The position numbers and the translations under genes were made by a program. From Bacteroidota bacterium (GTDB lineage Bacteria > Bacteroidota > Rhodothermia > Rhodothermales > UBA10348), in the NCBI GenBank assembly GCA_022571135.1, contig JACZYK010000001.1:1-37552 (forward strand): a DNA stretch of 37,552 nucleotides. The letters are read 5' to 3'. Position 1 is the first letter of the stretch, and the number at the start of each line of letters is the position of its first letter. Shown here piece after piece: positions 24,479-33,900 of the stretch. A model generated the notes under the pieces. It saw only the letters and a list, made by a program, of their open reading frames with translations. It was not told the DNA's origin and did no database searches.

Positions 24479-26311
24479 CTACTCGACCGTCACGCTCTTC
24501 GCCAGGTTTCTCGGCTGATCGACGTCACATCCCCGCATTACGGCGATATGATAGGAGAGCAGCTGAAGCGGGATTACGGTCAGCAGCGGGGATAGAAACT
24601 CTTCGGTGGCCGGAACACGGATGACATGTTCGCACAGGTTGTCCAACTGCCCGTTCCCTTCATCCGTGATGGCAATAACGTGCCCCTTGCGGGCCACCAC
24701 CTCCTCGATATTGGATACGATTTTGTCATACGTGCTATCCTTTATCGCCACGAAAACGACAGGCATGAACTGATCGATCAGAGCAATCGGGCCGTGCTTC
24801 ATCTCGGCGGCCGGGTACCCTTCTGCGTGTATATAGGATATCTCCTTCAGTTTGAGCGCACCCTCCAGAGCGACCGGGAAGTTGTAGCCGCGTCCGAGGT
24901 ATAGGAAATTGGAAGTGTAGCGGTACAGCTGGGCGATATCGCGGATAAGGTCGTCGCTCTCGAGAACGGCGCGAATTTTCTCGGGTATCCTTCCCAACTC
25001 CTGCAGATACGCGGTAAACGTGTCGTCAGAGAGCGTTCTGTCACGGCCCAGTTCGAGCGCCAGCATCGCCAGGACGATGACCTGACCGGTGAAAGTCTTC
25101 GTGGAGGCGACGCCGATCTCCGGTCCGGCATGCAGATAAACACCGGCGTCCGTCTCGCGAGCGATCGTCGATCCGACGGTATTGCAGATCCCGAAAACGG
25201 GAATCTCCTGTCGTTTGGCCTCCCGAACAGCTGCGAGTGTATCGGCCGTCTCACCGCTCTGCGAAATCACGAAAACGATATCTCCATCCCGCATTATCGG
25301 TTGTCTGTACCTGAACTCGCTAGCGTACTCTACCTCAACCGGGATCCGGGCGAGTCCTTCGATCAGATACTCCCCCACAAGCGCCGCATGCCAGGACGTG
25401 CCGCAGGCGCAAATGATAACGCGCCGTGCATTCCTGATTGTCTCGAAATCGTCGAGCAGTCCGCCGAGTCTGATACAATTTTTGTCGAGACACACGCGCC
25501 CGCGCATCGCGTTTTCGATAGCGGTCGGTTGCTCGAAAATCTCCTTTAGCATGAAATGCGGATATCCACCCTTCTCGATATGCTCGAGATCCCACTCCAG
25601 ATGGTGCACCTCTTTGTTGAGGACGATATTATCGATCGTACGGACTTCGTATCCGTCCCGGCGGATCACCACCATCTCCCCGTCATTCAGGTAGACCACA
25701 TCGCGCGTATACTCGATAATCGGGGCGGCATCCGAGCCCAGGAAGTACTCTCCAGCGCCGACTCCCAGAATCAGCGGACTTCCCTTGCGCGCCGCAATCA
25801 ACAGATCGGGGTCTTCGCCGGACACCAGGGCGATGCCGTACGTGCCGACGACATGTCGAAGCGCCTGCTGGAGTGCTTCTTCGAGAGGCAGCCCCGTCGT
25901 TTCGCGAACGTCTTCCACGAGGCGAACCAGAACCTCGGTATCCGTCTCGCTTTCGAACGTGTATCCCCGTTGGATAAGCCGGTCGCGTAGCGCGGTGTAG
26001 TTTTCGATAATACCGTTGTGTACGAGCGCAAACTCGCCGGACGAACTCACATGCGGATGGGCATTGACATCGTTTGGAATGCCATGCGTCGCCCACCGTG
26101 TATGCCCGATTCCGAGGCGTCCGAGAAGGTTGGGGATGTCAAGTTCTTTCGAAAGATCGTCGACCTTACCCTTCTTCTTGTAAATCTTAAGGTGGCCATC
26201 GACGATCGCAACACCGGCAGAATCGTATCCCCGATACTCGAGGCGTTTCAGCCCGCGCAAGAGGACATCTATGGCACGCCTTTCACCGATATATCCGACT
26301 ATTCCGCACAT
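24479..26311 (-). CDS. glmS: Glutamine--fructose-6-phosphate aminotransferase (isomerising)
   Basis: MCGIVGYIG N-terminal nucleophile, two SIS domains and the C-terminal KSVTVE. Confidence 0.97.
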   Translation of the reverse strand: MCGIVGYIGERRAIDVLLRGLKRLEYRGYDSAGVAIVDGHLKIYKKKGKVDDLSKELDIPNLLGRLGIGHTRWATHGIPNDVNAHPHVSSSGEFALVHNGIIENYTALRDRLIQRGYTFESETDTEVLVRLVEDVRETTGLPLEEALQQALRHVVGTYGIALVSGEDPDLLIAARKGSPLILGVGAGEYFLGSDAAPIIEYTRDVVYLNDGEMVVIRRDGYEVRTIDNIVLNKEVHHLEWDLEHIEKGGYPHFMLKEIFEQPTAIENAMRGRVCLDKNCIRLGGLLDDFETIRNARRVIICACGTSWHAALVGEYLIEGLARIPVEVEYASEFRYRQPIMRDGDIVFVISQSGETADTLAAVREAKRQEIPVFGICNTVGSTIARETDAGVYLHAGPEIGVASTKTFTGQVIVLAMLALELGRDRTLSDDTFTAYLQELGRIPEKIRAVLESDDLIRDIAQLYRYTSNFLYLGRGYNFPVALEGALKLKEISYIHAEGYPAAEMKHGPIALIDQFMPVVFVAIKDSTYDKIVSNIEEVVARKGHVIAITDEGNGQLDNLCEHVIRVPATEEFLSPLLTVIPLQLLSYHIAVMRGCDVDQPRNLAKSVTVE

Positions 26312-26418
26312 AAACAGTTATTAATACGACCGTTGTGACGCCATGTTGGAGCAGGGCGGGACAGCTCAATATTCGGGCCAGGAACACCCGGGCCACACAA
26401 TAAACGAAAAAAAATCGA

Positions 26419-27450
26419 TCAGGCGACCAGTATCGAATTCACGGACCTATCGACAGCCCGCGCAATCAGCCGTATTTGCCTCATCAGCTCAGAATACTGG
26501 TCAAAATAAAGAGACTGTGGGCCATCGCTCTTCGCACTCTCCGGATCGGGATGAGTCTCGATTAGCAACCCGTCCGCTCCGGCAGCAATGGCCGCTCGGG
26601 CCATCGGAACGACCTTGTTTCGGATGCCAATACCGTGGCTCGGATCCACGATCACGGGCAGATGACTCTTCGCCTTGACGACGGGAATGGCTGACAGATC
26701 AAGTGTATTTCTCGTAGAGGGTTCGAATGTCCGAATCCCGCGTTCGCATAGAACAACGTCTAGATTCCCCTCCGCCATCACGTACTCGGCGCTCATCAGC
26801 CATTCTTCAATCGTCGCCATCAGACCCCGCTTTAACAGAACCGGTTTGTCGATTTTGCCCAGTTCTTTCAGCAGTGGAAAGTTCTGCATGTTACGTGCGC
26901 CGATTTGGATAATATCTGCGTATTCGTACACCACTTCTATCTGAGAGATATCCATGGCCTCCGTGATCACGCGCAGGCCGTGCCTATCTGCGGCTCCGCG
27001 CATCATTTTCAGACCGGGCAGGCCGAGTCCCTGAAACGAGTAAGGCGACGAACGGGGTTTGAAGGCGCCTCCTCTGAGAAAGGTCGCCCCATTTTTCGCC
27101 ACATGGGCCGCCGTCTTATCGATCTGCTCTTCGTCTTCAATCGCGCAGGGTCCGGCCATTACGACAATCTCCTCGCCACCGATATCCACGCCTTTGACCG
27201 TTACGATCGTGTTATCCTTTTTCCAGGCCCGACTCGCAAATTTGTAAGGCTCCGTGACCCGGTGCACTTCCGCAACGCCGTCCAACAGCCGGATATGCCG
27301 TTGGTCAAACTCGGGCCGAACACCGATCGCTCCCAGCACCGTCTGTCTGCTCCCACTGGAGCGGTGAACGTCGAAACCGTGATTGTTAAGCTGCTCGATT
27401 ACAGCTTCAATCTGATTTTCCGAAGCCCCGACTTCCATGACGACAACCAT
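26419..27450 (-). CDS. 3-deoxy-7-phosphoheptulonate (DAHP) synthase, type I-beta, with an N-terminal ferredoxin-like/ACT-type regulatory domain
   Basis: Core motifs [31 protein letters not shown] and VDPSH. An ~70-aa N-terminal domain resembles the Thermotoga-type enzymes. Confidence 0.9.
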   Translation of the reverse strand: MVVVMEVGASENQIEAVIEQLNNHGFDVHRSSGSRQTVLGAIGVRPEFDQRHIRLLDGVAEVHRVTEPYKFASRAWKKDNTIVTVKGVDIGGEEIVVMAGPCAIEDEEQIDKTAAHVAKNGATFLRGGAFKPRSSPYSFQGLGLPGLKMMRGAADRHGLRVITEAMDISQIEVVYEYADIIQIGARNMQNFPLLKELGKIDKPVLLKRGLMATIEEWLMSAEYVMAEGNLDVVLCERGIRTFEPSTRNTLDLSAIPVVKAKSHLPVIVDPSHGIGIRNKVVPMARAAIAAGADGLLIETHPDPESAKSDGPQSLYFDQYSELMRQIRLIARAVDRSVNSILVA

Positions 27451-27482
27451 TGCAATACCTGCCTTTTCTGGACCGGTTCGTT

Positions 27483-28721
27483 TTAAACGATCTGAACCAG
27501 TCTGTAATTTTTCTGGCCTTTCCTGAGAACAAGAACCTTTCCCTCGATGCAGTCGGGAATGGTCACTCGCCTCAATTCATCGCTCTGCCTGACGTTGTTC
27601 ATATAGATGCCGCCCGAGCGAATCAGTCTTCTTGCCTCTCCCTTCGACCCCGTCAGACCCGAACCGGTGAGAAGATCGAGAAGGCCGAGTCCCTCCCCGT
27701 CGAACTCTGTACGCTCATAATCCTGCGACGGCACATCTTCGAAGACATCCATGATATCTGTGAATGAGAGCGCGTCCATGGCCTCCCCGAAAAGGACCCG
27801 GGAGGCCCGTTCGGCGCGCTTCAATTCGGTTTCGTCGTGCACCATCGACGTAACGGACGAGGCCAGTGCTCTCTGTGCTTCTCGGCGCTCCGGCGAATCC
27901 CGGACGGATGCTTCCAGTGCGTCTATTTCATCCCGGGTCAACCACGTGAAATATTTTAAAAAGTCCACGACATCCCGATCGTCCGTGTTGAGCCAGAACT
28001 GATAGAACCTGTATGGGGAAGTGCGTTCCGGATCCAGCCACACCGCGCCGGCCTCGGTCTTTCCGAATTTCGCGCCTGCCGAATTGGTGACGAGAGGAAA
28101 AACGAGTCCGTGTACACGGCGGCTCCGCATTTTTCTTATGAGATCGGCGCCGGCCACGATATTTCCCCACTGATCGCTTCCACCCATCTGAAGTGTGCAA
28201 TCGTACTCGTCGCAAAGCTCCAGATAGTCATACGCCTGCAGCATCATGTACGTGAACTCGGTATAGGATATGCCGTCCTCGGCATCGAGTCGACGTTTGA
28301 CGGATTCCTTCGCAAGCATGTAATTCACGGTGAAATACTTACCGACATTACGAAGGAAATCTATCATGCGCAGCGAACCCAGCCAGTCCAGGTTGTTGAC
28401 GACACGCGCCGGATTCGACTTCACATCGAAGTCCAGGAATCGAACCAGCTGCTTCCTGATTCCGTCCAAATTCTCTGCAGCCTGCCGCTCGTCGAGAAGC
28501 TGACGCTCCTGCGTTTTGCCACTGGGATCTCCGATCAGTCCGGTACCGCCACCCGCCAGAGCGATGGGTGAATGGCCGAATCGCTGTAGACGTGCCAGTC
28601 CCATGACGGGGAGAAGAGATCCTACATGCAGACTGGACGCCGTTGGATCGAAGCCGATGTAGGCCGTCAGTTTCTCCTTCGCGAGAATCTCCTTCAGGTC
28701 CGGTGTGGCATCGTATACCAT
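27483..28721 (-). CDS. tyrS: Tyrosine--tRNA ligase
   Basis: HIGH-type motif (SLHVGSLLP), KMSKS-type motif (KFGKT) and a C-terminal S4-like RNA-binding domain. Confidence 0.95.
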   Translation of the reverse strand: MVYDATPDLKEILAKEKLTAYIGFDPTASSLHVGSLLPVMGLARLQRFGHSPIALAGGGTGLIGDPSGKTQERQLLDERQAAENLDGIRKQLVRFLDFDVKSNPARVVNNLDWLGSLRMIDFLRNVGKYFTVNYMLAKESVKRRLDAEDGISYTEFTYMMLQAYDYLELCDEYDCTLQMGGSDQWGNIVAGADLIRKMRSRRVHGLVFPLVTNSAGAKFGKTEAGAVWLDPERTSPYRFYQFWLNTDDRDVVDFLKYFTWLTRDEIDALEASVRDSPERREAQRALASSVTSMVHDETELKRAERASRVLFGEAMDALSFTDIMDVFEDVPSQDYERTEFDGEGLGLLDLLTGSGLTGSKGEARRLIRSGGIYMNNVRQSDELRRVTIPDCIEGKVLVLRKGQKNYRLVQIV

Positions 28722-28853
28722 CCCTCGCCATTCGAACTCGTCGTAGATATTGGTGATTGTCTCGATTACCTCGCTTGTCCGGTGGATTTTCGTTTATGCG
28801 GTGGGATCATGGAATCACGCGAATGTAGACCCACGATCGAAAAACCGGTTCCT

Positions 28854-29933
28854 CTACCGATATCGCTCGAGCGTGAACTTCTCGCCCAAATATCGGCGCC
28901 TGACTTCCGGATCGGAAGCAAGCGAGTGGGAGGAACCCTGTTTCAGGATTTTACCTTCGTATAGCAAATAGGCCCGATCAGTGATGGCGAGCGTTTCGTG
29001 GGCGTTATGATCGGTGATCAACACGCCGATACCTCTGGATTTCAGGCCGGCAACGATCCTCTGTATATCTTCGACCGCGATGGGATCAACCCCTGCAAAC
29101 GGCTCGTCGAGCAGGAAGAACTGCGGACGCGTGGCGAGAGCTCGAGCGATTTCCGTCCGCCGTCTCTCGCCACCGGACAGCGTGTAACCACGAGATCGCC
29201 GTACTCTCTCCAGACCGAATTCCACGATCAGACTCTCCACGCGCTCCCGCCTCTCCGATTTGGACAAGGGCTGATATTCCAGAACTGCATTCAGATTATC
29301 TTCTACACTCAGCTGAGAGAAGATGGATGCTTCCTGCGCCAGATATCCGATTCCTCTCCTTGCGCGCTTATACATCGGCAGCGAGGTGATGTCTTCCTCA
29401 CCCAGATGGACGCTGCCCCCGTCCGGTCGAATCATTCCGACGATCATGTAGAATGTCGTCGTTTTCCCGGCACCGTTGGGACCCAGGAGCCCGACAATTT
29501 CGCCTTGTCTGACTTGAAGTTCAATGGCCTTGACGACAGCACGCTTCTTATATCTTTTGACCAGATTGACCGCGCGCAGAACAACCGCCCCGTCCTTTAC
29601 CGTCGATTCAACGACTCCCTCGTCATTCACTCCCGGTATCTGTAAACGACCGGACGAAACGTCCTCGATCGATTTGAGGAAAGGATCGAAGAACTTCTTT
29701 TCCTGCTCCAAAGTCGACAGAAGGGGGCTATTCGGGATCATCCGGTAGGCCTGCCGCCAAGCAAGTACCGACTTCTCCTCTTGCCGAGAATACTCGTAGG
29801 CCTGCGCCAGCAGAACGTGCGCGATCACATAGGTGGGCACCTGTTCGATCACTTTTTCGAGGATAGGGATTGCCGCTTCCGGCTCGCCCTTCTTGAAGTG
29901 ATCCAGTGCGCTTTCGATTTCAGAAATGGCCAT
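28854..29933 (-). CDS. lptB: LPS export ABC transporter ATP-binding protein LptB, with a ~110-aa N-terminal TPR-like extension
   Basis: The C-terminal ~245 aa carry Walker A (GPNGAGKTT), the signature (LSGGERRR), Walker B (FLLDEPF) and an LptB-type C-terminus. The N-terminus ([50 protein letters not shown]) looks TPR-like. There is no in-frame ATG or GTG near the ABC domain start. Confidence 0.85.
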   Translation of the reverse strand: MAISEIESALDHFKKGEPEAAIPILEKVIEQVPTYVIAHVLLAQAYEYSRQEEKSVLAWRQAYRMIPNSPLLSTLEQEKKFFDPFLKSIEDVSSGRLQIPGVNDEGVVESTVKDGAVVLRAVNLVKRYKKRAVVKAIELQVRQGEIVGLLGPNGAGKTTTFYMIVGMIRPDGGSVHLGEEDITSLPMYKRARRGIGYLAQEASIFSQLSVEDNLNAVLEYQPLSKSERRERVESLIVEFGLERVRRSRGYTLSGGERRRTEIARALATRPQFFLLDEPFAGVDPIAVEDIQRIVAGLKSRGIGVLITDHNAHETLAITDRAYLLYEGKILKQGSSHSLASDPEVRRRYLGEKFTLERYR

Positions 29934-29966
29934 GTTAACTGCTTCCGAAAATCAATTGGACGAACT

Positions 29967-31496
29967 TTATTTTGCGTCCTCTACCGATGACGATGAGCGT
30001 TTCTGCCTGCCGGCATTGAGGGCGGCAAGTCTCGCGTTCAGCATTTGCAGCATCATCTTTCTGTCGGGCTTCCTTTCAGGGGTCCACACAAAACCGGTCA
30101 GGCTCTCTGCCTGATCGACCAGGTTTTCCGGATAATAGGTTCCTTCTACACCCGCGAACACGCCAATATCTGAAACTTCGCCGTTGTCAAACGTGAACAC
30201 GATTCGATCGGCCGAAGCGCGAATCGCTCCAATGAGTTGGTTCTCATCACCGGTCATGAAATATAAGGCCTCGGCATTCGGACTGACGCTCAGTGTGCGC
30301 AGACTGTCCGACGAGAAATGGGCGACCAGACTTCTTCCGCGTACCTGCTGGATTCGGTTCAACGTCGAATCCTCGCTGGCGACGAAGACATTCCCGACCG
30401 CATTGAGGGAGTCGAGACCGCACCCGTGCCCGGCCGTACTCAGGCTGTCCGAAGAGATCTGAGTGTTTTCCAGCCAGGCCATGGCATTGCCGAACATGCG
30501 AGTGCTCAGGCGTTCATCTTCATCCGAGCCGACACTGTCGAAGACGAGCGAATCACCTGTGACGGAAAACTTCTCCTCGACCACAGATACGGAGTCGATC
30601 GCGATCAGGCGTTCCGATTCTGCCATCCGTGTCAGAATCATCGTTCGGGCCTCAATCAGGAGCGAGTCGGTTGCTGTGCTGTCCGAACGTATCTGAAGGA
30701 GCATTACGCCTCCGGAAACGTGACTGGAGTCTGTTTGTCCGTCATGAAAAACGCGGTGACCAAAAAGCAGGGTTCGATCTGGATTTGATCCTTCGGTTAG
30801 TTCGGGAAATTGAAGCGAATCCGGCCTGAAAGGTTCAGCGCCGACACTTGAACGCGCCAATCGGAAAACAAATACATTTCCTATAGCCCAGGTTCTTTCT
30901 GATTCTCTCTCGTAAACGACCGAATCAGCCTCGACGTATAGGTCGGCCTGGGCAAGGCGCACGTTACCCGTAAATTCGGCTCGGGACTCCTCGGACCAGT
31001 ACACACCTCGATCGCTCTCCAGAACCGTCAGACTGTCTACCATCGAAACCCCGGAATCAAATACTGCTCTCTTTTCCCGTGTGTAATAGAGCGTAGAGGC
31101 AGACTTGAGTTGAACCTGTCCATCCATAAGGCGCACATTTCCGGACGCCCTCCCGATTTTGGTCTCCTTGTCATAACGTACCACATCCGCGTAGATCGTA
31201 TCTCCGCGCTCGATGATCCGGACGTTTCCTTCGAACAGATATCCTTTCGGTCCCTCGTCCCGCATGCTCGCGGCCCTGAGATAGGTCTCCCCCTGCTTCA
31301 GCCTTGCATTGACTGCCAGAAACGTCTCGACCCCGTCGATCACGGCTCCTGCCAGTGAATCGAACTCGATGGATACCTCACGCCTGCGATCCGCCTCCTG
31401 AGCGTTTCCGACGGACGCCATTGCTCCCAACCACATTAGGCCCATAAATAGAACAGCCCGGCGCCCTGCAGTGTTGGGCCTATTACCTGTCGTCAT
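29967..31496 (-). CDS. Large OstA/LptA-like periplasmic protein
   Basis: Signal peptide and repeated OstA_N-like beta-jellyroll segments (GNVRIIERGDTIYADVVRYDKETKIGRASGNVRLMDG; FTGNVRLAQADLYVEADSV). Its ATGA start/stop overlaps lptC. Confidence 0.7.
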   Translation of the reverse strand: MTTGNRPNTAGRRAVLFMGLMWLGAMASVGNAQEADRRREVSIEFDSLAGAVIDGVETFLAVNARLKQGETYLRAASMRDEGPKGYLFEGNVRIIERGDTIYADVVRYDKETKIGRASGNVRLMDGQVQLKSASTLYYTREKRAVFDSGVSMVDSLTVLESDRGVYWSEESRAEFTGNVRLAQADLYVEADSVVYERESERTWAIGNVFVFRLARSSVGAEPFRPDSLQFPELTEGSNPDRTLLFGHRVFHDGQTDSSHVSGGVMLLQIRSDSTATDSLLIEARTMILTRMAESERLIAIDSVSVVEEKFSVTGDSLVFDSVGSDEDERLSTRMFGNAMAWLENTQISSDSLSTAGHGCGLDSLNAVGNVFVASEDSTLNRIQQVRGRSLVAHFSSDSLRTLSVSPNAEALYFMTGDENQLIGAIRASADRIVFTFDNGEVSDIGVFAGVEGTYYPENLVDQAESLTGFVWTPERKPDRKMMLQMLNARLAALNAGRQKRSSSSVEDAK

Positions 31497-32056
31497 CCCT
31501 CGTCCGGAATAATGGTTCCGGTAACCCGAGTCAGCTGAAAGGAGGAAAGATCCTCGGCCGCCACCAGCCCGTAACCGCTGACGTCCCGATTGGGAGAAAT
31601 AATTCTGACAAATCCGGGGGTCCTCACTTTTCTATCGATCTCGGTCCAGGCCAGGTGTTCACTCTCGAGACGCTTGTCGTCCTGGGTTATGACGATAACG
31701 TCTCCTCTGGCCACAAACCTTCGTTCCCTGTCGTAGTACGTCAACATGTCCGAGTAAACGACGGCCGAAGAATCTCCATCTGCGCCGAACAGATCCACGC
31801 GAACCCGCTCACTCGAACCATCTTCGCCGGTCAGCACCATATAGGAGCTGTCCGGTCTGTCGTACCGGGCCATATAACTTGCGGCAAGATGAATCAGGGG
31901 CCTTCCATCCTCACTAATCACGAGTATGGGTGACCACGTCTCCTGATCCGGGGCCTCCTCGGCCCGCAGCGTCGCCATGGAAACCGGAGACCTCCGCGAC
32001 CCACATCCCACGCAGGTTGTAAACAATAGGAATCCGATACAGATCTGACGTCGCAT
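31493..32056 (-). CDS. lptC: LptC-like LPS export protein (lipoprotein-type signal)
   Basis: MRRQICIGFLLFTTCVGCGS signal with a lipobox-like Cys, and an LptC-like C-terminal half (ESEHLAWTEIDRKVRTPGFVRI). It sits directly upstream of the ostA-like gene and lptB. The tracked ORF starts at 32095. Confidence 0.65.
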   Translation of the reverse strand: MRRQICIGFLLFTTCVGCGSRRSPVSMATLRAEEAPDQETWSPILVISEDGRPLIHLAASYMARYDRPDSSYMVLTGEDGSSERVRVDLFGADGDSSAVVYSDMLTYYDRERRFVARGDVIVITQDDKRLESEHLAWTEIDRKVRTPGFVRIISPNRDVSGYGLVAAEDLSSFQLTRVTGTIIPDEG

Positions 32057-32113
32057 GCTTGGACAGGGCAGTGCAGTATGTATTTGTGCGGGCATGATAC
32101 GCGAGAAATGGGA

Positions 32114-32809
32114 TTAAATCCCCACGGTTTCACCGGATAAAACGATGGCCTCCGACGCATGAGCGTCCTCGCCGCACATGGCCAGCAGTACTCGAAATTC
32201 GGTGACTATTTCTTCGAGGGATCCCATCGGGCCGTCGGTCAGTGGCGCGTACACGATTGCTGCCACGTTCCGACTCCGGTCAGAGGTCTTCGTTTTCACG
32301 CTGTCCTTGATCGGACTCACGAGGGGCACACCCGACAGATCGTTCCCGTCTATCCCGCATCCGATAACGAGATCCCTGAGCGCAATCGACTGCTGCGCAT
32401 CGTTGAACTCGTACGACTCGTCTTCTCTACCCAATCGCACGACAAAACGATGAGTTCGGGCTCGATCGATATCCCAGATGGAAACGGGCATAAGAGAATA
32501 CAGGCTGATGTAATTACAGATATCGACGATCGTGTTAATTCGCGGAAATCCGTCCTCGGACGCCGCCCGAAGGAGGTACTCGCTGGCCGGTTTTCCCCTA
32601 CCGGTGGGCTTGTACCGTCCATTTCGGAGAATATCGCGGACAGATCGCCTCCGGGCATCCTCTTCTTCGATAAGACCGCCCCGACGACTCTTCAACACCC
32701 GATCCAGCCGCGACTCCATCTCTATCGGGCATTTTCGAGCGTCCATATTTTCAGCCGCTACGACACCCAGACGCATCGATTCTGGTCCGTTATGAGTGAT
32801 ACTGATCAT
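32114..32809 (-). CDS. B3/B4 tRNA-binding domain protein (PheT B3/4-like, COG3382-type)
   Basis: YKPTGRGKPASEYLLRAASEDGFPRINTIVDICNYISLYSLMPVSIWDIDR is typical of B3/4 domains. The start is at M15 (32809), or 32851 as in the ORF track. Confidence 0.75.
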   Translation of the reverse strand: MISITHNGPESMRLGVVAAENMDARKCPIEMESRLDRVLKSRRGGLIEEEDARRRSVRDILRNGRYKPTGRGKPASEYLLRAASEDGFPRINTIVDICNYISLYSLMPVSIWDIDRARTHRFVVRLGREDESYEFNDAQQSIALRDLVIGCGIDGNDLSGVPLVSPIKDSVKTKTSDRSRNVAAIVYAPLTDGPMGSLEEIVTEFRVLLAMCGEDAHASEAIVLSGETVGI

Positions 32810-33056
32810 CAGAGATTCGCAAAAGAATCCCAAAACGTCCCTGGAATACATCCAAATACAGCCGATATCATATTCTGAGAGGCCTCGAAATCGTATATTT
32901 CGAACGATGGCTCAGGCCCGGAGTTTTATGATGATTAGTATCGGGTAAACTTTTTCGCTCAGAGGCGAAAACCTGCGTTTAGTGGCTTTAGGTCCTATCA
33001 AGATAGCCGATAATCTTTCACAGATATTGCGTGTAAAACAAACCCCTATTACGGCC

Positions 33057-33410
33057 ATGCAAGCCACAGCAATGAATTTCTTCGTTGAACCGGTCACTCA
33101 CGACACCGCAGTCATCAGAATCGGAAAGGCCCTCGATTTCCGTAACGCTGCGGAATTCAAGACCACTGCACAGGATCAGGTGCACGCAGGTGTCAGGAAT
33201 TTCATCCTGGACTTCACGGACACGGGCATCCTGGATTCAACCGGCCTCGGTTCTGTCTTTTCCCTGTACAGACAGGTATCGCCGCTGAGTGGCCAGGTTG
33301 TTTTTGCCTCTGTTTCCCGACCCGTTCAGGTCGTTGTTCAGCTGACTCGTACCTATAAGGTATTCCGTCAATTCCCGACGGTCGATGCAGCACGAGATGC
33401 GATCCGTTAG
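33057..33410 (+). CDS. STAS-domain anti-sigma-factor antagonist (SpoIIAA/RsbV-like)
   Basis: ~117 aa with a DFTDTGILDSTGLG motif holding the conserved phosphorylatable Ser/Thr position. The start could be 32982 (GTG), 33057 or 33072. Confidence 0.8.
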   Translation: MQATAMNFFVEPVTHDTAVIRIGKALDFRNAAEFKTTAQDQVHAGVRNFILDFTDTGILDSTGLGSVFSLYRQVSPLSGQVVFASVSRPVQVVVQLTRTYKVFRQFPTVDAARDAIR

Positions 33411-33447
33411 TAAACACCAACGTCGTTTACGAGGACCCAGAGGTGTG

Positions 33448-33900
33448 ATGGAAGTCACGCGTCAGCGCTTCAGAAAGCTCGACGGGATCATCGATGATTT
33501 GCACGACACGTTCAAGTCGTGGGAATCCGACGGTGCACTCTCCCCGCAACTGGACCCTGATACGATCCAGCTGATGAAGCTTGCCGTACACGAGTGGATC
33601 GCCAATCTTGTGCAGCACGCCGATTTCGAGGGTCGAGATCCCGACATCACTCTCGAAGTGTTTCCCAATGATAGAAGCCTTCGATGCGTGATCCATGACA
33701 ATTCGACGGGATTTGAACCTTCGCGTCATCTGCTGCGTCGCATGCGGGAACTCGAGCCGCTCCCCGAGCGGGGGATGGGCTTGTTGATGCTCAACGCGGC
33801 AACGGAGTACTTCGAGTACTCCAGATCCAAGAACGGACCGCACAAACTTGAGTTCTCAGTTTCATCAGATCTTGACCCATGGCTGAATATTCCATTTTAG
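33448..33900 (+). CDS. Anti-sigma regulatory factor / serine protein kinase (RsbW/SpoIIAB-like HATPase_c)
   Basis: N-box-like (AVHEWIANLVQHA) and G-box-like (GMGLLMLN) motifs. ATG 33448 is preceded by AGAGG. It overlaps the next gene by 22 nt. Confidence 0.75.
   Translation: MEVTRQRFRKLDGIIDDLHDTFKSWESDGALSPQLDPDTIQLMKLAVHEWIANLVQHADFEGRDPDITLEVFPNDRSLRCVIHDNSTGFEPSRHLLRRMRELEPLPERGMGLLMLNAATEYFEYSRSKNGPHKLEFSVSSDLDPWLNIPF

Noticed and set aside
26312-26418. Possible glmS ribozyme upstream of glmS
   Set aside because: The leader is only ~107 nt, and I see none of the conserved glmS ribozyme core. That ribozyme is essentially a Firmicutes and relatives feature.
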